Assembly: GCA_965246975.1 (NCBI GenBank)
Contig: OZ251996.1
Location: 473,102 to 537,101, forward strand
Direction of reading: 5' to 3'
Length of the DNA stretch: 64,000 nt
Origin: Phototrophicaceae bacterium
Lineage (GTDB): Bacteria; Chloroflexota; Anaerolineae; Aggregatilineales; Phototrophicaceae
The notes beneath the pieces were generated by a model, which worked only from the letters and a program-made list of their open reading frames with translations, was not told the origin of the DNA and did no database searches. The first letter of the stretch is position 1. Each line of letters starts with the position of its first letter. Positions 1 through 9,750 of this stretch are shown here, piece by piece. Position numbers and translations under genes: made by a program.

Positions 1-2
1 GC

Positions 3-881
3 AGCACACAGCTCAACTCGCTGCTGGCCGGTGAAACCCAGATCGCCGATACCATTCTCGCCAGTGACAAGGAGAAGGCGGACGAGGCGGAAGGATTCTT
101 TATTACTGAGGATCCTGGGCTGTTCACCAACACCCTCAAGATCAATACCCAGGGCGAATACACCAGCGACCTCAACGTACGCAAGGCCATCGCCCATGTG
201 ATGAACTATCCCGCCCTGCCGCAAGTGCAGGACGTGAAGGTGACGTTGCTGCCTGGACCCACGCCGGCCAACTTCCCCGGCTTCGTCCCGGACCTCGACA
301 TTCCGGACTACAACATCGAAACGGCGCGAGAATATCTGGCGCAGTCTCCATGGCCGGATGGCGGTTTTGAGCTGGACTACGTGTATGTAACCGATTTTGT
401 TCGGGAGGAAATCCCGGGGCTACTGCTGCTGGAAGGCCTGAGTGAACTGAACATCACGCTCAACATGGTGCCCACGCTCTGGCCGGACATGGTCGCTTCC
501 TGTGGCGATCCTGCCACCGGGCCTGACCTCATCAACATCTATACACTGCCGCCATTCTCGGACCCGCACGCCCATCTCTACAACCAGTACAACTCCAGCC
601 AGTGGACGAGTGGCGCAGGTAGCTTCCAGTCCTGCAGCTTCTACCAGAACGAGCGTGTGGACGAATTGCTCAACCAGGCTCGCTCACTGGGCGACCAGGA
701 TCAGCGCATGGAACTTTACGCCGAGGCCCAGACCCTGATCGCTGCTGACCAGCCAGCCATCTGGATGTACACAGAAGACAGCCTCATGGCCTTCAACGAC
801 TGCATCAAGGGCTACGTGTTCTCGCCCTTCTATCCCATCACCGTGCTCTTCCAGGACCTGTGGATGGACAATTGCGGCTGA
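3..881 (+). CDS. ABC transporter substrate-binding protein, peptide/nickel/opine type (family-5 SBP); C-terminal part, 5' end lies outside the window
   Basis: Frame 3 is open from base 3 to the TGA at 879-881; the listed ORF 198..881 only starts at an internal Met. The C-terminal sequence is DppA/OppA-like (ELYAEAQTLIAADQPAIWMY). It is followed by two DppB/C-like permeases and two DppD/F-like ATPases. Confidence 0.75.
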   Translation, partial: STQLNSLLAGETQIADTILASDKEKADEAEGFFITEDPGLFTNTLKINTQGEYTSDLNVRKAIAHVMNYPALPQVQDVKVTLLPGPTPANFPGFVPDLDIPDYNIETAREYLAQSPWPDGGFELDYVYVTDFVREEIPGLLLLEGLSELNITLNMVPTLWPDMVASCGDPATGPDLINIYTLPPFSDPHAHLYNQYNSSQWTSGAGSFQSCSFYQNERVDELLNQARSLGDQDQRMELYAEAQTLIAADQPAIWMYTEDSLMAFNDCIKGYVFSPFYPITVLFQDLWMDNCG

Positions 882-948
882 TGCTGCGACTGCATAAAAA
901 CGGGTTTGCGGGGCGTTCCCGTTCAAAACGCCCCTGCTGGACTCTTGC

Positions 949-1962
949 ATGACCCTGCGTCTGTATCTGGCTCGGCGCGCCCTGATGGTCGTGCCATTGC
1001 TGCTGGGGCTAAGTATCTTGACCTTCACCATCTCGCGGCTGGTGCCCGGCGACCCGGTCGGGCTTGCGGCCGGGCCACAGGCGACAGTTGAGATCCGCGA
1101 GGCGCTGCGTAAGCAGTTCGGCCTTGACCAGCCATTGCCCGTGCAATACGCGACCTACATCACTGGCATCTTGCGTGGCGATTGGGGCCAGTCGCTCTAT
1201 ACCCGTCGCGGCGTTATAGATTCGTTACGGGTCTACTTTCCGGCCACGCTGGAATTGACGCTGGCCGCCGTCATCCTTGCCACTGGCGTGGGCGTGCCGG
1301 CCGGGGTCATCTCGGCGATGTATCGCAATCGCCTCCCGGACCACATCGCCCGCGTAATTTCACTTTTTTTTGTCAGCTTCCCGGCCTTCTGGCTGGCCAT
1401 GATTATGCAGACCGTGCTTGGGCGCTATGCAGGGCTGGTGCCCATCGGACGCCGTTTTCCGGTCCTCATGGCACCACCGCCAACTGTGACCGGCCTCTAT
1501 CTCGTGGACAGCCTGCTCGCGCTGGACCTGGCGGCCTTTAGCGTCGCGCTCAATCACATTGTGGTGCCGGCGCTCGTACTTTCCTTCGGCGCGCTGGCCA
1601 GCATCACGCGCATCACACGCGCCAGCATGATCGAAATCCTCGAACGCGATTTCGTGCGCTCCGCCCGCGCCATTGGCATTCCCGAGCGCGTCGTCATCGG
1701 CAAGTACGTGCTGCGCAACGCCTTCATCGCCACACTGACCGTCATCTCGCTCAATTTCGGCTGGCTGATGGCTGGCGCCATTCTCATCGAGACAATCTTT
1801 GACTGGCCGGGCATCGGCCTCTACGCCGTGGACGCCTCGCTCAGCCTCGATTTCCAGCCCATTATGGGCATCACCATCGTCTATGGCGTCCTGTTCAGCC
1901 TCGTCAACATCCTGACTGATGTGGCTTACGGCATCCTGGACCCAAGGATCCGTTATGGCTGA
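949..1962 (+). CDS. ABC transporter permease, DppB/OppB-like
   Basis: 337 aa multi-TM protein. N-terminus (RLYLARRALMVVPLLLGLSILTF) and C-terminus (TDVAYGILDPRIRY) are typical of BPD_transp_1 peptide permeases. Confidence 0.85.
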   Translation: MTLRLYLARRALMVVPLLLGLSILTFTISRLVPGDPVGLAAGPQATVEIREALRKQFGLDQPLPVQYATYITGILRGDWGQSLYTRRGVIDSLRVYFPATLELTLAAVILATGVGVPAGVISAMYRNRLPDHIARVISLFFVSFPAFWLAMIMQTVLGRYAGLVPIGRRFPVLMAPPPTVTGLYLVDSLLALDLAAFSVALNHIVVPALVLSFGALASITRITRASMIEILERDFVRSARAIGIPERVVIGKYVLRNAFIATLTVISLNFGWLMAGAILIETIFDWPGIGLYAVDASLSLDFQPIMGITIVYGVLFSLVNILTDVAYGILDPRIRYG

Positions 1963-2863
1963 GTCGACCGGGCAATCTCTGCGCGAACTGCAGGCGGCGG
2001 CGCGCTCCGCGCGCCAGGAAAATCTGCGCCGCAGCCTCTATCGCTTCCGCTCCAACGCCCTCTCCATGATCGGCCTCGCCATCCTGCTATTCATTCTCTT
2101 TATCGCCATCGCAGCGCCCTTGCTGGTGCCCTTCCCGGAAGACTCGAGCGGCGCGACTCACTTTATGGATCGTCTGCTGCCGCCTGGCCCCGAGCACCCC
2201 TTCGGCACGGACAAGGTCGGGCGTGATATTTTCAGTCGCGTGCTGATGGGCACCGGGCTGGCGCTGCAGGTCGGCGTGGTCATCATTGTACTCGCCACCA
2301 CCATCGGCGTCACCGTGGGCGGGGTAGCCGCCTACTTTGGCGGTACCGTCGATGATCTGCTGATGCGCATCACCGACATCTTTCTTACCGTGCCGGCGCT
2401 CGTGCTGGCCATCGCCTTCTCGGCTGCGCTGGGCAAGGGCATCATCAACGCCATGATCGGCATCTCGCTGGTCTGGTGGCCGGGCTTTGCGCGCCTGACG
2501 CGCAGCCTGGTGCTCTCCCTGCGCGAGGAAGCCTTTGTGGAAGCCGCCTATGGCATTGGCGCCAGCCACGGGCGCATTCTGTTTCGGCATATCCTCCCCA
2601 ACGCCGTCTCCCCCATCATCATCAAGATGACCACGGACTTCGGTTTCGCGGTGCTGACTGCCGCCGCGCTCGGCTTTATAGGCATCGGCGCGCAGCCGCC
2701 CACCCCTGAATGGGGCGCGATGATCGAGGACGGGCGTCATTATTTCCCGGACGAATGGTGGGTAGCGACCTTCCCGGGCATGGCCATCTGGCTGCTGGTC
2801 TTCAGCTGGAACCTGCTGGGCGACGGCCTGCGCGACGTCCTTGATCCGCGTGCGCGCCGCTAG
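1955..2863 (+). CDS. ABC transporter permease, DppC/OppC-like
   Basis: The ATG at 1955 overlaps the upstream stop (ATGGCTGA). The C-terminal motif NLLGDGLRDVLDPR is typical of DppC/OppC. The listed ORF start at 1919 is probably an upstream extension. Confidence 0.85.
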   Translation: MAESTGQSLRELQAAARSARQENLRRSLYRFRSNALSMIGLAILLFILFIAIAAPLLVPFPEDSSGATHFMDRLLPPGPEHPFGTDKVGRDIFSRVLMGTGLALQVGVVIIVLATTIGVTVGGVAAYFGGTVDDLLMRITDIFLTVPALVLAIAFSAALGKGIINAMIGISLVWWPGFARLTRSLVLSLREEAFVEAAYGIGASHGRILFRHILPNAVSPIIIKMTTDFGFAVLTAAALGFIGIGAQPPTPEWGAMIEDGRHYFPDEWWVATFPGMAIWLLVFSWNLLGDGLRDVLDPRARR

Positions 2864-2880
2864 GCGGGTGAGAGGATAGC

Positions 2881-3909
2881 ATGAGCGAAGCACTGCTGGA
2901 CATTCAGGACCTGCACCTGGAATTTGACACCTTTGACGGTGTCGCCAAGGTGCTGGCCGGCGTCAACCTGACCATGCAGCGCGGCGACGTGCTGGGCCTG
3001 GTGGGCGAGACCGGTTGTGGCAAGTCCATGACCGCGCTGGCCATTCCACGCCTGATCCGCATGCCACCGGGCCGCATCACGCAGGGCCGAATCATGTTTA
3101 ATGGCGAAGACCTGCTGGAGCGCCCGGCCAGCGCCATGCAGAGCTTTCGGGCGCACCACCTTGGCATGATCTTCCAGGACCCGGCCACCAATCTAAACCC
3201 GCTCTTCACCATCCGTGAACAGCTGATGGACGCAGTCTTCTACCAGCAGACCGATGTTCAGCATGTGCCCGGTCGCTGGCGCGGCTTTCTGCCGTCGGCG
3301 CGCCAGCTAAGGCAAGATGCCCACGCGCGCGCCCTCGAGCTGATGCGTCTGGTCGGCATCCCGGACGGCGAACAACGCATCAGCGACTACCCGCACCAGT
3401 TCAGCGGCGGCATGCGCCAGCGCGTACTGATCGCCATGGCCCTGGCCGGAGAGCCCGACCTGCTAATTGCCGACGAGCCAACAACCGCGCTTGATGTAAC
3501 AATTCAGGCGCAAATATTACGCCTCATCCACTCGCTGGTGCGCCAACTGGGACTCACCGTGCTCCTGATTACGCACAATCTCGGCGTGGTCGCCAACACC
3601 TGCGACAAGGTTGCCGTGATGTATTCCGGTCGCGTCATCGAACAGGCGCCGGTGCGCGAGCTCTTCAGCAAACCAAGCCACCCCTACACGCAGGGGCTGA
3701 TTCGCGCGGTGCCTTCCAGCAATACGCGGCGCGGCGGGTTGCAGGGTATCCCCGGCCTGATCCCCAATCTGATTTCACCGCCACAGGGCTGTCGTTTTCA
3801 TCCCCGCTGCGAGCATGTACTCGCGCATTGCAATAGCCAGGTGCCTGGCCCGGGCCGCATTGGCGCCGACCATCTCGCCTTTTGCCACCTCTATCCGGAG
3901 GGTGGATGA
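2881..3909 (+). CDS. ABC transporter ATP-binding protein, DppD/OppD-like
   Basis: Walker A GETGCGKS, signature FSGGMRQR, Walker [14 protein letters not shown]-terminal oligopeptide-type extension with CRFHPRC. Confidence 0.9.
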   Translation: MSEALLDIQDLHLEFDTFDGVAKVLAGVNLTMQRGDVLGLVGETGCGKSMTALAIPRLIRMPPGRITQGRIMFNGEDLLERPASAMQSFRAHHLGMIFQDPATNLNPLFTIREQLMDAVFYQQTDVQHVPGRWRGFLPSARQLRQDAHARALELMRLVGIPDGEQRISDYPHQFSGGMRQRVLIAMALAGEPDLLIADEPTTALDVTIQAQILRLIHSLVRQLGLTVLLITHNLGVVANTCDKVAVMYSGRVIEQAPVRELFSKPSHPYTQGLIRAVPSSNTRRGGLQGIPGLIPNLISPPQGCRFHPRCEHVLAHCNSQVPGPGRIGADHLAFCHLYPEGG

Positions 3910-4883
3910 GCGAGACCCTGCTGGAGCTGCGTAACCTGCGCAAGGACTTTCCGCAGCGGAGCGGCCTCTTCGGTCGTCAGAAACAGGTGTTGCGTGCCGT
4001 CGATGACGTCAGTCTGAGCGTGCCACGGGGCAAGACCCTCGGCCTGGTCGGCGAGTCGGGCTCCGGCAAAACGACCATCGGCAAGTGCATTCTGCGCCTG
4101 GTCGAGCCCACGGCAGGCGAAATCCTGTATGACGGCGAGGACCTGCGTTCGCTAGACGCGCGTCGGCTGCGGGCACGGCGCTCCGACATGCAGATGATCT
4201 ACCAGTCGCCCGCGGACTCGCTGAACGGCCGCATGACCGTCGGCCAGATTATTGGCGAGCCGTTGTGGATTCACGAAAGCATCGGCGCCAGCGCGGCGCG
4301 CGATCGTGTACTGGAGCTGATGCACGTCGTTGGCCTCAAGGAAGAACACTACTTCCGCTATCCGCATGAGTTCAGCGGCGGCCAGCAGCAGCGCATCGGC
4401 ATCGCCCGCGCGTTGGCAGTACGTCCCCGGATGGTCATCCTCGACGAGCCGACTTCCGCGCTCGACGTTTCTGTGCAGGCGCAGATTCTAAATCTGCTAC
4501 AGCAGTTGCAGGACCAGTTCGCCCTGACCTACCTCTTCATCTCCCACGATTTGAGCGTGGTGCGCTACATGTGCGACGAGGTCGCCCTGCTCTATCTCGG
4601 CAAGATCGTCGAGCAGGCGCCTGTCCAAACCATTTTTGAAGACTCGCGCCACCCCTACACCCAGGCGCTCATCTCCGCCATCCCGGAGCCAGAACCGGAT
4701 GAGCAGCGCGAGCAGATCTTGCTTCGGGGTGACCTGAGCGCCGGGCGTCCCGACCAGGGTTGCCCCTTTGCGCCGCGCTGTCATGCGGATACGCTGGCGC
4801 GCTGCGAGACGGTGGAGCCACCGCTGGTCGTGGTGGACACTGCCCACCAGGTCGCCTGCCATCTGCATCCAGGAGTAGCCTGA
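3906..4883 (+). CDS. ABC transporter ATP-binding protein, DppF/OppF-like
   Basis: The ATG at 3906 overlaps the upstream TGA (ATGA). Walker A GESGSGKT, signature FSGGQQQR, Walker B ILDEPTSALD, C-terminal CPFAPRC. Confidence 0.9.
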   Translation: MSETLLELRNLRKDFPQRSGLFGRQKQVLRAVDDVSLSVPRGKTLGLVGESGSGKTTIGKCILRLVEPTAGEILYDGEDLRSLDARRLRARRSDMQMIYQSPADSLNGRMTVGQIIGEPLWIHESIGASAARDRVLELMHVVGLKEEHYFRYPHEFSGGQQQRIGIARALAVRPRMVILDEPTSALDVSVQAQILNLLQQLQDQFALTYLFISHDLSVVRYMCDEVALLYLGKIVEQAPVQTIFEDSRHPYTQALISAIPEPEPDEQREQILLRGDLSAGRPDQGCPFAPRCHADTLARCETVEPPLVVVDTAHQVACHLHPGVA

Positions 4884-5974
4884 TGCTGACTCAGGTAACA
4901 GTTGATGACATTGAGCCCATCGCGATTGGCGCCGGCATCCTGGGCACGGGCGGCGGCGGCAACCCCTACCAGGGGGGACTGCACCTGCGCGCCGTTCTGT
5001 GTGAATACGGGCCGCAGCCCGTCGTCAATCCCTGTGAGCTGCCCGATGATGCTCGCCTGGTCGTGGTCGGCAGCATTGGCGCGCCAACCGTCAGCATTGA
5101 GAAATTGCCCCAGGGCCAGGAAATGTCGCGGGCCATCCGCCATCTGGAGCGCCATGTTGGCCATGCCTTCGACGCGGTGGCCATTGCGGAAATCGGCGGC
5201 GCCAACTCCATGCAACCGCTCATCGCGGGCAGACAGTTGGGTATTCCCACTGTTGATGGCGACGGCATGGGCCGCGCCTTCCCGGAGATGCAGATGTCCT
5301 CTTACCTCTATGAGAGTGATGTGAGCGTCGCGCCCTACGCGATGGTGGATGTCGGCCATCGTCGCATCCTTGTGCCACACACCATCAGCGAAAAGTGGGG
5401 CGAACGCGTGGCGCGCAACATCGCTGTCAGTATGGGCGCGCGCGCAGCCCTGGCCGGTTATGTCATGAGCGGCGCCGAGGTGCGCGCTACTGCCGTGAAG
5501 CATACACTGAGCCTTGCCCACAGTCTCGGCAGTGCCGTGCTGGCCTCCCAGGGCAACGATGTGCCCGCTGTCGTGGCCGAAATGCTGCAGGGTGAAATCA
5601 TATTCCGCGGCAAAATCAGCGATGTCAACCGCCGCATTGTGCGCGGCTTCGCCCGCGGCAACGTGGTCTTCAAGAGCTTCGACGGAGCCGACGAATTGAA
5701 AATCGCGTTCCAGAACGAGTATCTCATTGCCTGGCGTAACGGCGAGGTTTGCGCCACAGTGCCTGACCTGATCTGCATTGTCACTGCCGAGACAGGTGAA
5801 CCGGTTTCAACCGAGATGCTGCGCTATGGAACGCGCGTGGTGGTTATCGCGGTGCCGGCGCCCACCGAACTGCGCACGGCCGCCGCGCTGGAGGTTGTCG
5901 GGCCGCTTGCCTTTGGCTATGACGTCCCATGGCGCCCGCTGCCTGGCGGACGCATTGGGCTGCCCGTTGCCTGA
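4883..5974 (+). CDS. DUF917 family protein, paralog 1
   Basis: The ATG at 4883 overlaps the upstream TGA. Motifs GAGILGTGGGGNPY, GAPTV and DGDGMGRAFPEMQM are shared with the two paralogs downstream. Family recognised from memory as Pfam DUF917 / COG3535. Confidence 0.75.
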   Translation: MLTQVTVDDIEPIAIGAGILGTGGGGNPYQGGLHLRAVLCEYGPQPVVNPCELPDDARLVVVGSIGAPTVSIEKLPQGQEMSRAIRHLERHVGHAFDAVAIAEIGGANSMQPLIAGRQLGIPTVDGDGMGRAFPEMQMSSYLYESDVSVAPYAMVDVGHRRILVPHTISEKWGERVARNIAVSMGARAALAGYVMSGAEVRATAVKHTLSLAHSLGSAVLASQGNDVPAVVAEMLQGEIIFRGKISDVNRRIVRGFARGNVVFKSFDGADELKIAFQNEYLIAWRNGEVCATVPDLICIVTAETGEPVSTEMLRYGTRVVVIAVPAPTELRTAAALEVVGPLAFGYDVPWRPLPGGRIGLPVA

Positions 5975-6002
5975 GGCCTTGCCATGCCATTACCGATGAA
6001 AC

Positions 6003-7568
6003 ATGGATGCGAAAGGAGCAAGTGTGCGCATAGGAATTGACGTCGGGGGTACCAACACAGACGCGGTGCTGATGGACGGCCAGACCGTCATAGGCTCGGC
6101 CAAGACCCCGACTACAGCCAACGTGACCGACGGCATCACCAGCGCCCTCAGGACCCTGTTGCAGCAAAGCGCGCTGGAGGTTAATCAGATCGACGGCGTC
6201 ATGATCGGCACGACACATTTCACCAACGCCGTCGTCGAACGGCTCCACCTCACCCGCACGGCCTGTATCCGTCTCGGCTTGCCGGCCACAGCCTGCCTGC
6301 CACCCATGGTTGACTGGCCGGAGGGGCTGCGTGAGGTCATCGGCGGCCATGTGTATATGGCGCACGGCGGACACGAGTTCGACGGTCGCGAAATCTCCGC
6401 CTTCAAACCGGAGGAAGTTCGCGACATCGCAGCGCAAATCCGTGATAAAGGCATCAACGTCGTCGCCATCTCGTCTGTCTTCTCACCGGTCAATTCCAGT
6501 TTTGAGGAAGACGCCGCCGCCATCGTGCTCGAAGTCATTCCCGACGTGACCATCACGCTCTCCAGTTCCATCGGGCGCATTGGGCTGCTGGAGCGCGAGA
6601 ACGCGGCCATCATGAACGGCTGTCTGCGCAACCTGGCGCAACAGACCATCAATGGCTTCCGCGCAGCGCTGGCCGACATGAACATCAAGGCGCCTTTCTA
6701 CCTCAGCCAGAATGATGGCACCCTGATGGCGGCGGACTTTGCGGCGGACTTTCCGGTGCTCACCTTCGCCTCCGGCCCGACCAACAGCATGCGCGGCGCG
6801 GCCTTCCTCAGCGGCCTGCGCGACGCCATCGTCGTCGACGTGGGCGGCACAACGACCGACATTGGCGTGTTGCGTCACGGCTTTCCGCGCGTGGCAGCGC
6901 TGGCCATCGAGATCGGCGGCGTGCGCACCAACTTCCGCATGCCCGACACCATCTCCTTCGGCCTCGGCGGCGGCAGCCTGATTCAGGCGGAGCCGCTGCA
7001 GGTTGGCCCTCGCAGCGTGGGCTACGAGCTCACCACGCGCGCGCGCGTTTTCGGCGGCGATGAACTGACTGCGACCGACATCGTGGTCGCAGCGGGCCAT
7101 GAGGACATCGGCGCTGCCGGCCGGGTTGCCGAGCTGGACAGCACATTTGTCACGGCGGTCGAGGATCGCATCGAGGAGATGGTCAACGTCTCGGTAGATC
7201 GCATGAAAACCAGCGCGACCGAAGTGCCGGTCATCGTGGTCGGCGGCGGCAGCATCCTCATCCAGCGTAAAATCGCCGGCGCCTCGGAACTGGTACGGCC
7301 CGAGCATTTCCCGGTGGCCAACGCCATCGGCGCAGCCATCGCCCAGGTTGGCGGCGAATGCGACCAGATTTTTTCGCTGGCCGAGATGAGCCGCGATCAG
7401 GCGCTTGAGCAGGCCAGGCAGATGGCTGCCGGCCGCGCAGTCGCTGCCGGCGCTGACGCTGCCAGCGTGGAAATCGTGGAAGTCGAGGAAGTGCCGCTGG
7501 CCTATCTGCCTGGCAACGCGACGCGCATCATGGTCAAGGCCGTCGGCGACCTGGTGGAGGCTGATTGA
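6003..7568 (+). CDS. Hydantoinase/oxoprolinase family protein (HyuA-like ASKHA-fold ATPase)
   Basis: 521 aa. It has ASKHA phosphate-binding motifs GIDVGGTNTDAV near the N-terminus and VVDVGGTTTDIG mid-protein, as in Hydant_A_N/Hydantoinase_A. No HyuB-like partner is present in the window. Confidence 0.8.
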   Translation: MDAKGASVRIGIDVGGTNTDAVLMDGQTVIGSAKTPTTANVTDGITSALRTLLQQSALEVNQIDGVMIGTTHFTNAVVERLHLTRTACIRLGLPATACLPPMVDWPEGLREVIGGHVYMAHGGHEFDGREISAFKPEEVRDIAAQIRDKGINVVAISSVFSPVNSSFEEDAAAIVLEVIPDVTITLSSSIGRIGLLERENAAIMNGCLRNLAQQTINGFRAALADMNIKAPFYLSQNDGTLMAADFAADFPVLTFASGPTNSMRGAAFLSGLRDAIVVDVGGTTTDIGVLRHGFPRVAALAIEIGGVRTNFRMPDTISFGLGGGSLIQAEPLQVGPRSVGYELTTRARVFGGDELTATDIVVAAGHEDIGAAGRVAELDSTFVTAVEDRIEEMVNVSVDRMKTSATEVPVIVVGGGSILIQRKIAGASELVRPEHFPVANAIGAAIAQVGGECDQIFSLAEMSRDQALEQARQMAAGRAVAAGADAASVEIVEVEEVPLAYLPGNATRIMVKAVGDLVEAD

Positions 7569-8650
7569 TGCGCATCATTAACGAGGCTGTCCTGGAGGAC
7601 ATCGCGCTGGGCGCCGCGGTACTGGGCACCGGCGGCGGTGGCGATCCCTACATCGGCAAGTTGATGGCGCGTGAATCGATTCGGCGTTACGGGACAGTCG
7701 AGCTTTACACCCTGGACGAGCTGGAGGCAGAGGACCTGATCGTGCCCACGGCCATGATGGGCGCGCCAACCGTGATGGTCGAGAAGATGCCCAACGGCGA
7801 CGACATCATCAACGCCTTTCACTCCGTGGGCAAGTACATCGGCAAGCCCATTCGCGCCACGATGAGCATCGAGGCCGGCGGCCTGAATTCGGTCGTGCCC
7901 ATCTACGCCGCCGCTCGCCTGCGCCTGCCGATGGTTGATTGCGATGGCATGGGGCGCGCCTTCCCCGAGATTCAGATGGTGACGCACACCCTGCACGGCA
8001 TTTCGGCCACGCCCTTCGCCATGTCGGACGAACGGGGCAACACGGTCATCATGGAGACCATCGACAATCACTGGACGGAGACCTTCGCCCGCAGCGTGAC
8101 AGTAAATATGGGTGCCATGGCCATGATCGCCCTGTATGCCGCCACGGTCGCCGAGCTGCGCGATGCGGCCGTTCCCGGCACCATCAGCCTGGCGCAGCGC
8201 ATCGGGGAGACCATCCGTAACGCCCGTTTGTATGAGGAAGACCCGGTGCGCACAGTGCGCGAAGCGGTCGGCGGCTTCACTATCTTCAGAGGCAAGATTA
8301 GCGATGTGCAGCGCCGCACCGAGGCCGGCTTCGCCAAGGGGGAAGCCTTCATGGCCGGAATCGGGGAATACGACGGTCAGGAGTTGCGGCTAGCCTTCCA
8401 GAACGAACATCTGGCCGCCACTATTGACGGCGAGGTGTGTGTTACCGTGCCGGACCTCATCGCCGTGCTGGACATCGAAACCGGCGAGCCCATCACAACC
8501 GAGGGATTGCGTTACGGCTTTCGCGTGGAGGTGATCGCCTTCCCCTGTACGCCCCGCTGGCGCAGCCCTGACGGCCTGCGGCTGGTCGGCCCGCGGGTGT
8601 TCGGCTACGACGTCGACTATGTTCCGGTCGAGGAGCGATACGGCCAGTGA
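7565..8650 (+). CDS. DUF917 family protein, paralog 2
   Basis: 4-nt overlap with the HyuA-like gene. Motifs GAAVLGTGGGGDPY, GAPTV and DCDGMGRAFPEIQM. Confidence 0.75.
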   Translation: MMRIINEAVLEDIALGAAVLGTGGGGDPYIGKLMARESIRRYGTVELYTLDELEAEDLIVPTAMMGAPTVMVEKMPNGDDIINAFHSVGKYIGKPIRATMSIEAGGLNSVVPIYAAARLRLPMVDCDGMGRAFPEIQMVTHTLHGISATPFAMSDERGNTVIMETIDNHWTETFARSVTVNMGAMAMIALYAATVAELRDAAVPGTISLAQRIGETIRNARLYEEDPVRTVREAVGGFTIFRGKISDVQRRTEAGFAKGEAFMAGIGEYDGQELRLAFQNEHLAATIDGEVCVTVPDLIAVLDIETGEPITTEGLRYGFRVEVIAFPCTPRWRSPDGLRLVGPRVFGYDVDYVPVEERYGQ

Positions 8651-9750
8651 TTCGCAGTATAGGACTTGAAGACACGGAGGCTCTGGCGCTGGGCGCCGGC
8701 ATCCTCGGCACCGGCGGCGGCGGCAACACCTATATCGGCCGGCTGCGCCTCGATCGTCAGCTGCGTTTGAGCGGAGTGCCCAGCCAAATACTGGGCGCAG
8801 ACGATCTGTCGGATGACGCTCTCGTCGTCGGCGTTGGCACCATGGGCGCGCCCACGGTCGGCATTGAGAAAATCGAGTCCGGCACTGAGGTCGCCAGCAC
8901 CGTGCGCGCGCTCGAGTCACACCTGAAGCGCGACTTTGATGCGTTGGTCATCAACGAGATCGGCGGCTCAAATGCACTTGAGCCGCTGGTTTGCGGACTG
9001 CAACTGGGTCTGCCAGTGCTGGACGGGGACGGCATGGGACGCGCCTTCCCGGAGTTGCAAATGGACACCTTTTCCATCGGCGGCATCCCGGCCAGCCCTA
9101 TGGCGTTGGGCGACTGCCATGGCAACATTGCCATTTTCGAACGCCTGGACAGCCCGCTGCAGGCCGAGGAGTGGGCGCGCAACCTGACCATCGAAATGGG
9201 CGGCAGCGCTGCGCTGGTGATGTCAGTGATGACAGGTGCGCAGCTCAAGGCGACGCTGGTGCGCGACACGCTCACACTCGCACTAAGTATGGGGCGCGCC
9301 GTGTTACGCTCGCGAGAGCTCAAGGAGGAGGCGCCCGCCTCAGCCATCGCCGGGCTGGGCAACGGCAACGTGCTCTTCGAAGGCAAAATTGTGGATGTGG
9401 AACGCCGCACCGTACAGGGCTTCGCGCGTGGCCGGGTTCGTCTGCAGGCCTTTGATGATCCGCAGCATCTGCTGGAAATCGTCTTTCAGAATGAAAACCT
9501 TGTTGCCTGGCGCGGGGACGAGGTGCTTTGCAGCGTGCCGGATCTGATCACCATTGTGATGCTTAAGGATGGCACGCCGCTGGGCACCGAGATGTTGCGC
9601 TATGGCCTGCGCGTGGGCGTGATCGCCATGCCGGCGGTGCGTGAGCTAAAAACGCCGGCCGCGCTCGCTGTCGTGGGCCCGGCCGCCTTCGGCTACGAAG
9701 AGGTTTCCTTCCGACCGCTGCCGGGAGACCTGTTGCCGGCAACTTCCTGA
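8647..9750 (+). CDS. DUF917 family protein, paralog 3
   Basis: 4-nt overlap with paralog 2. Motifs GAGILGTGGGGNTY, GAPTV and DGDGMGRAFPELQM. The C-terminal region closely parallels paralog 1 (LRYG.RV.VIA.PA..EL.T.AAL.VVGP.AFGY). Confidence 0.75.
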   Translation: MIRSIGLEDTEALALGAGILGTGGGGNTYIGRLRLDRQLRLSGVPSQILGADDLSDDALVVGVGTMGAPTVGIEKIESGTEVASTVRALESHLKRDFDALVINEIGGSNALEPLVCGLQLGLPVLDGDGMGRAFPELQMDTFSIGGIPASPMALGDCHGNIAIFERLDSPLQAEEWARNLTIEMGGSAALVMSVMTGAQLKATLVRDTLTLALSMGRAVLRSRELKEEAPASAIAGLGNGNVLFEGKIVDVERRTVQGFARGRVRLQAFDDPQHLLEIVFQNENLVAWRGDEVLCSVPDLITIVMLKDGTPLGTEMLRYGLRVGVIAMPAVRELKTPAALAVVGPAAFGYEEVSFRPLPGDLLPATS

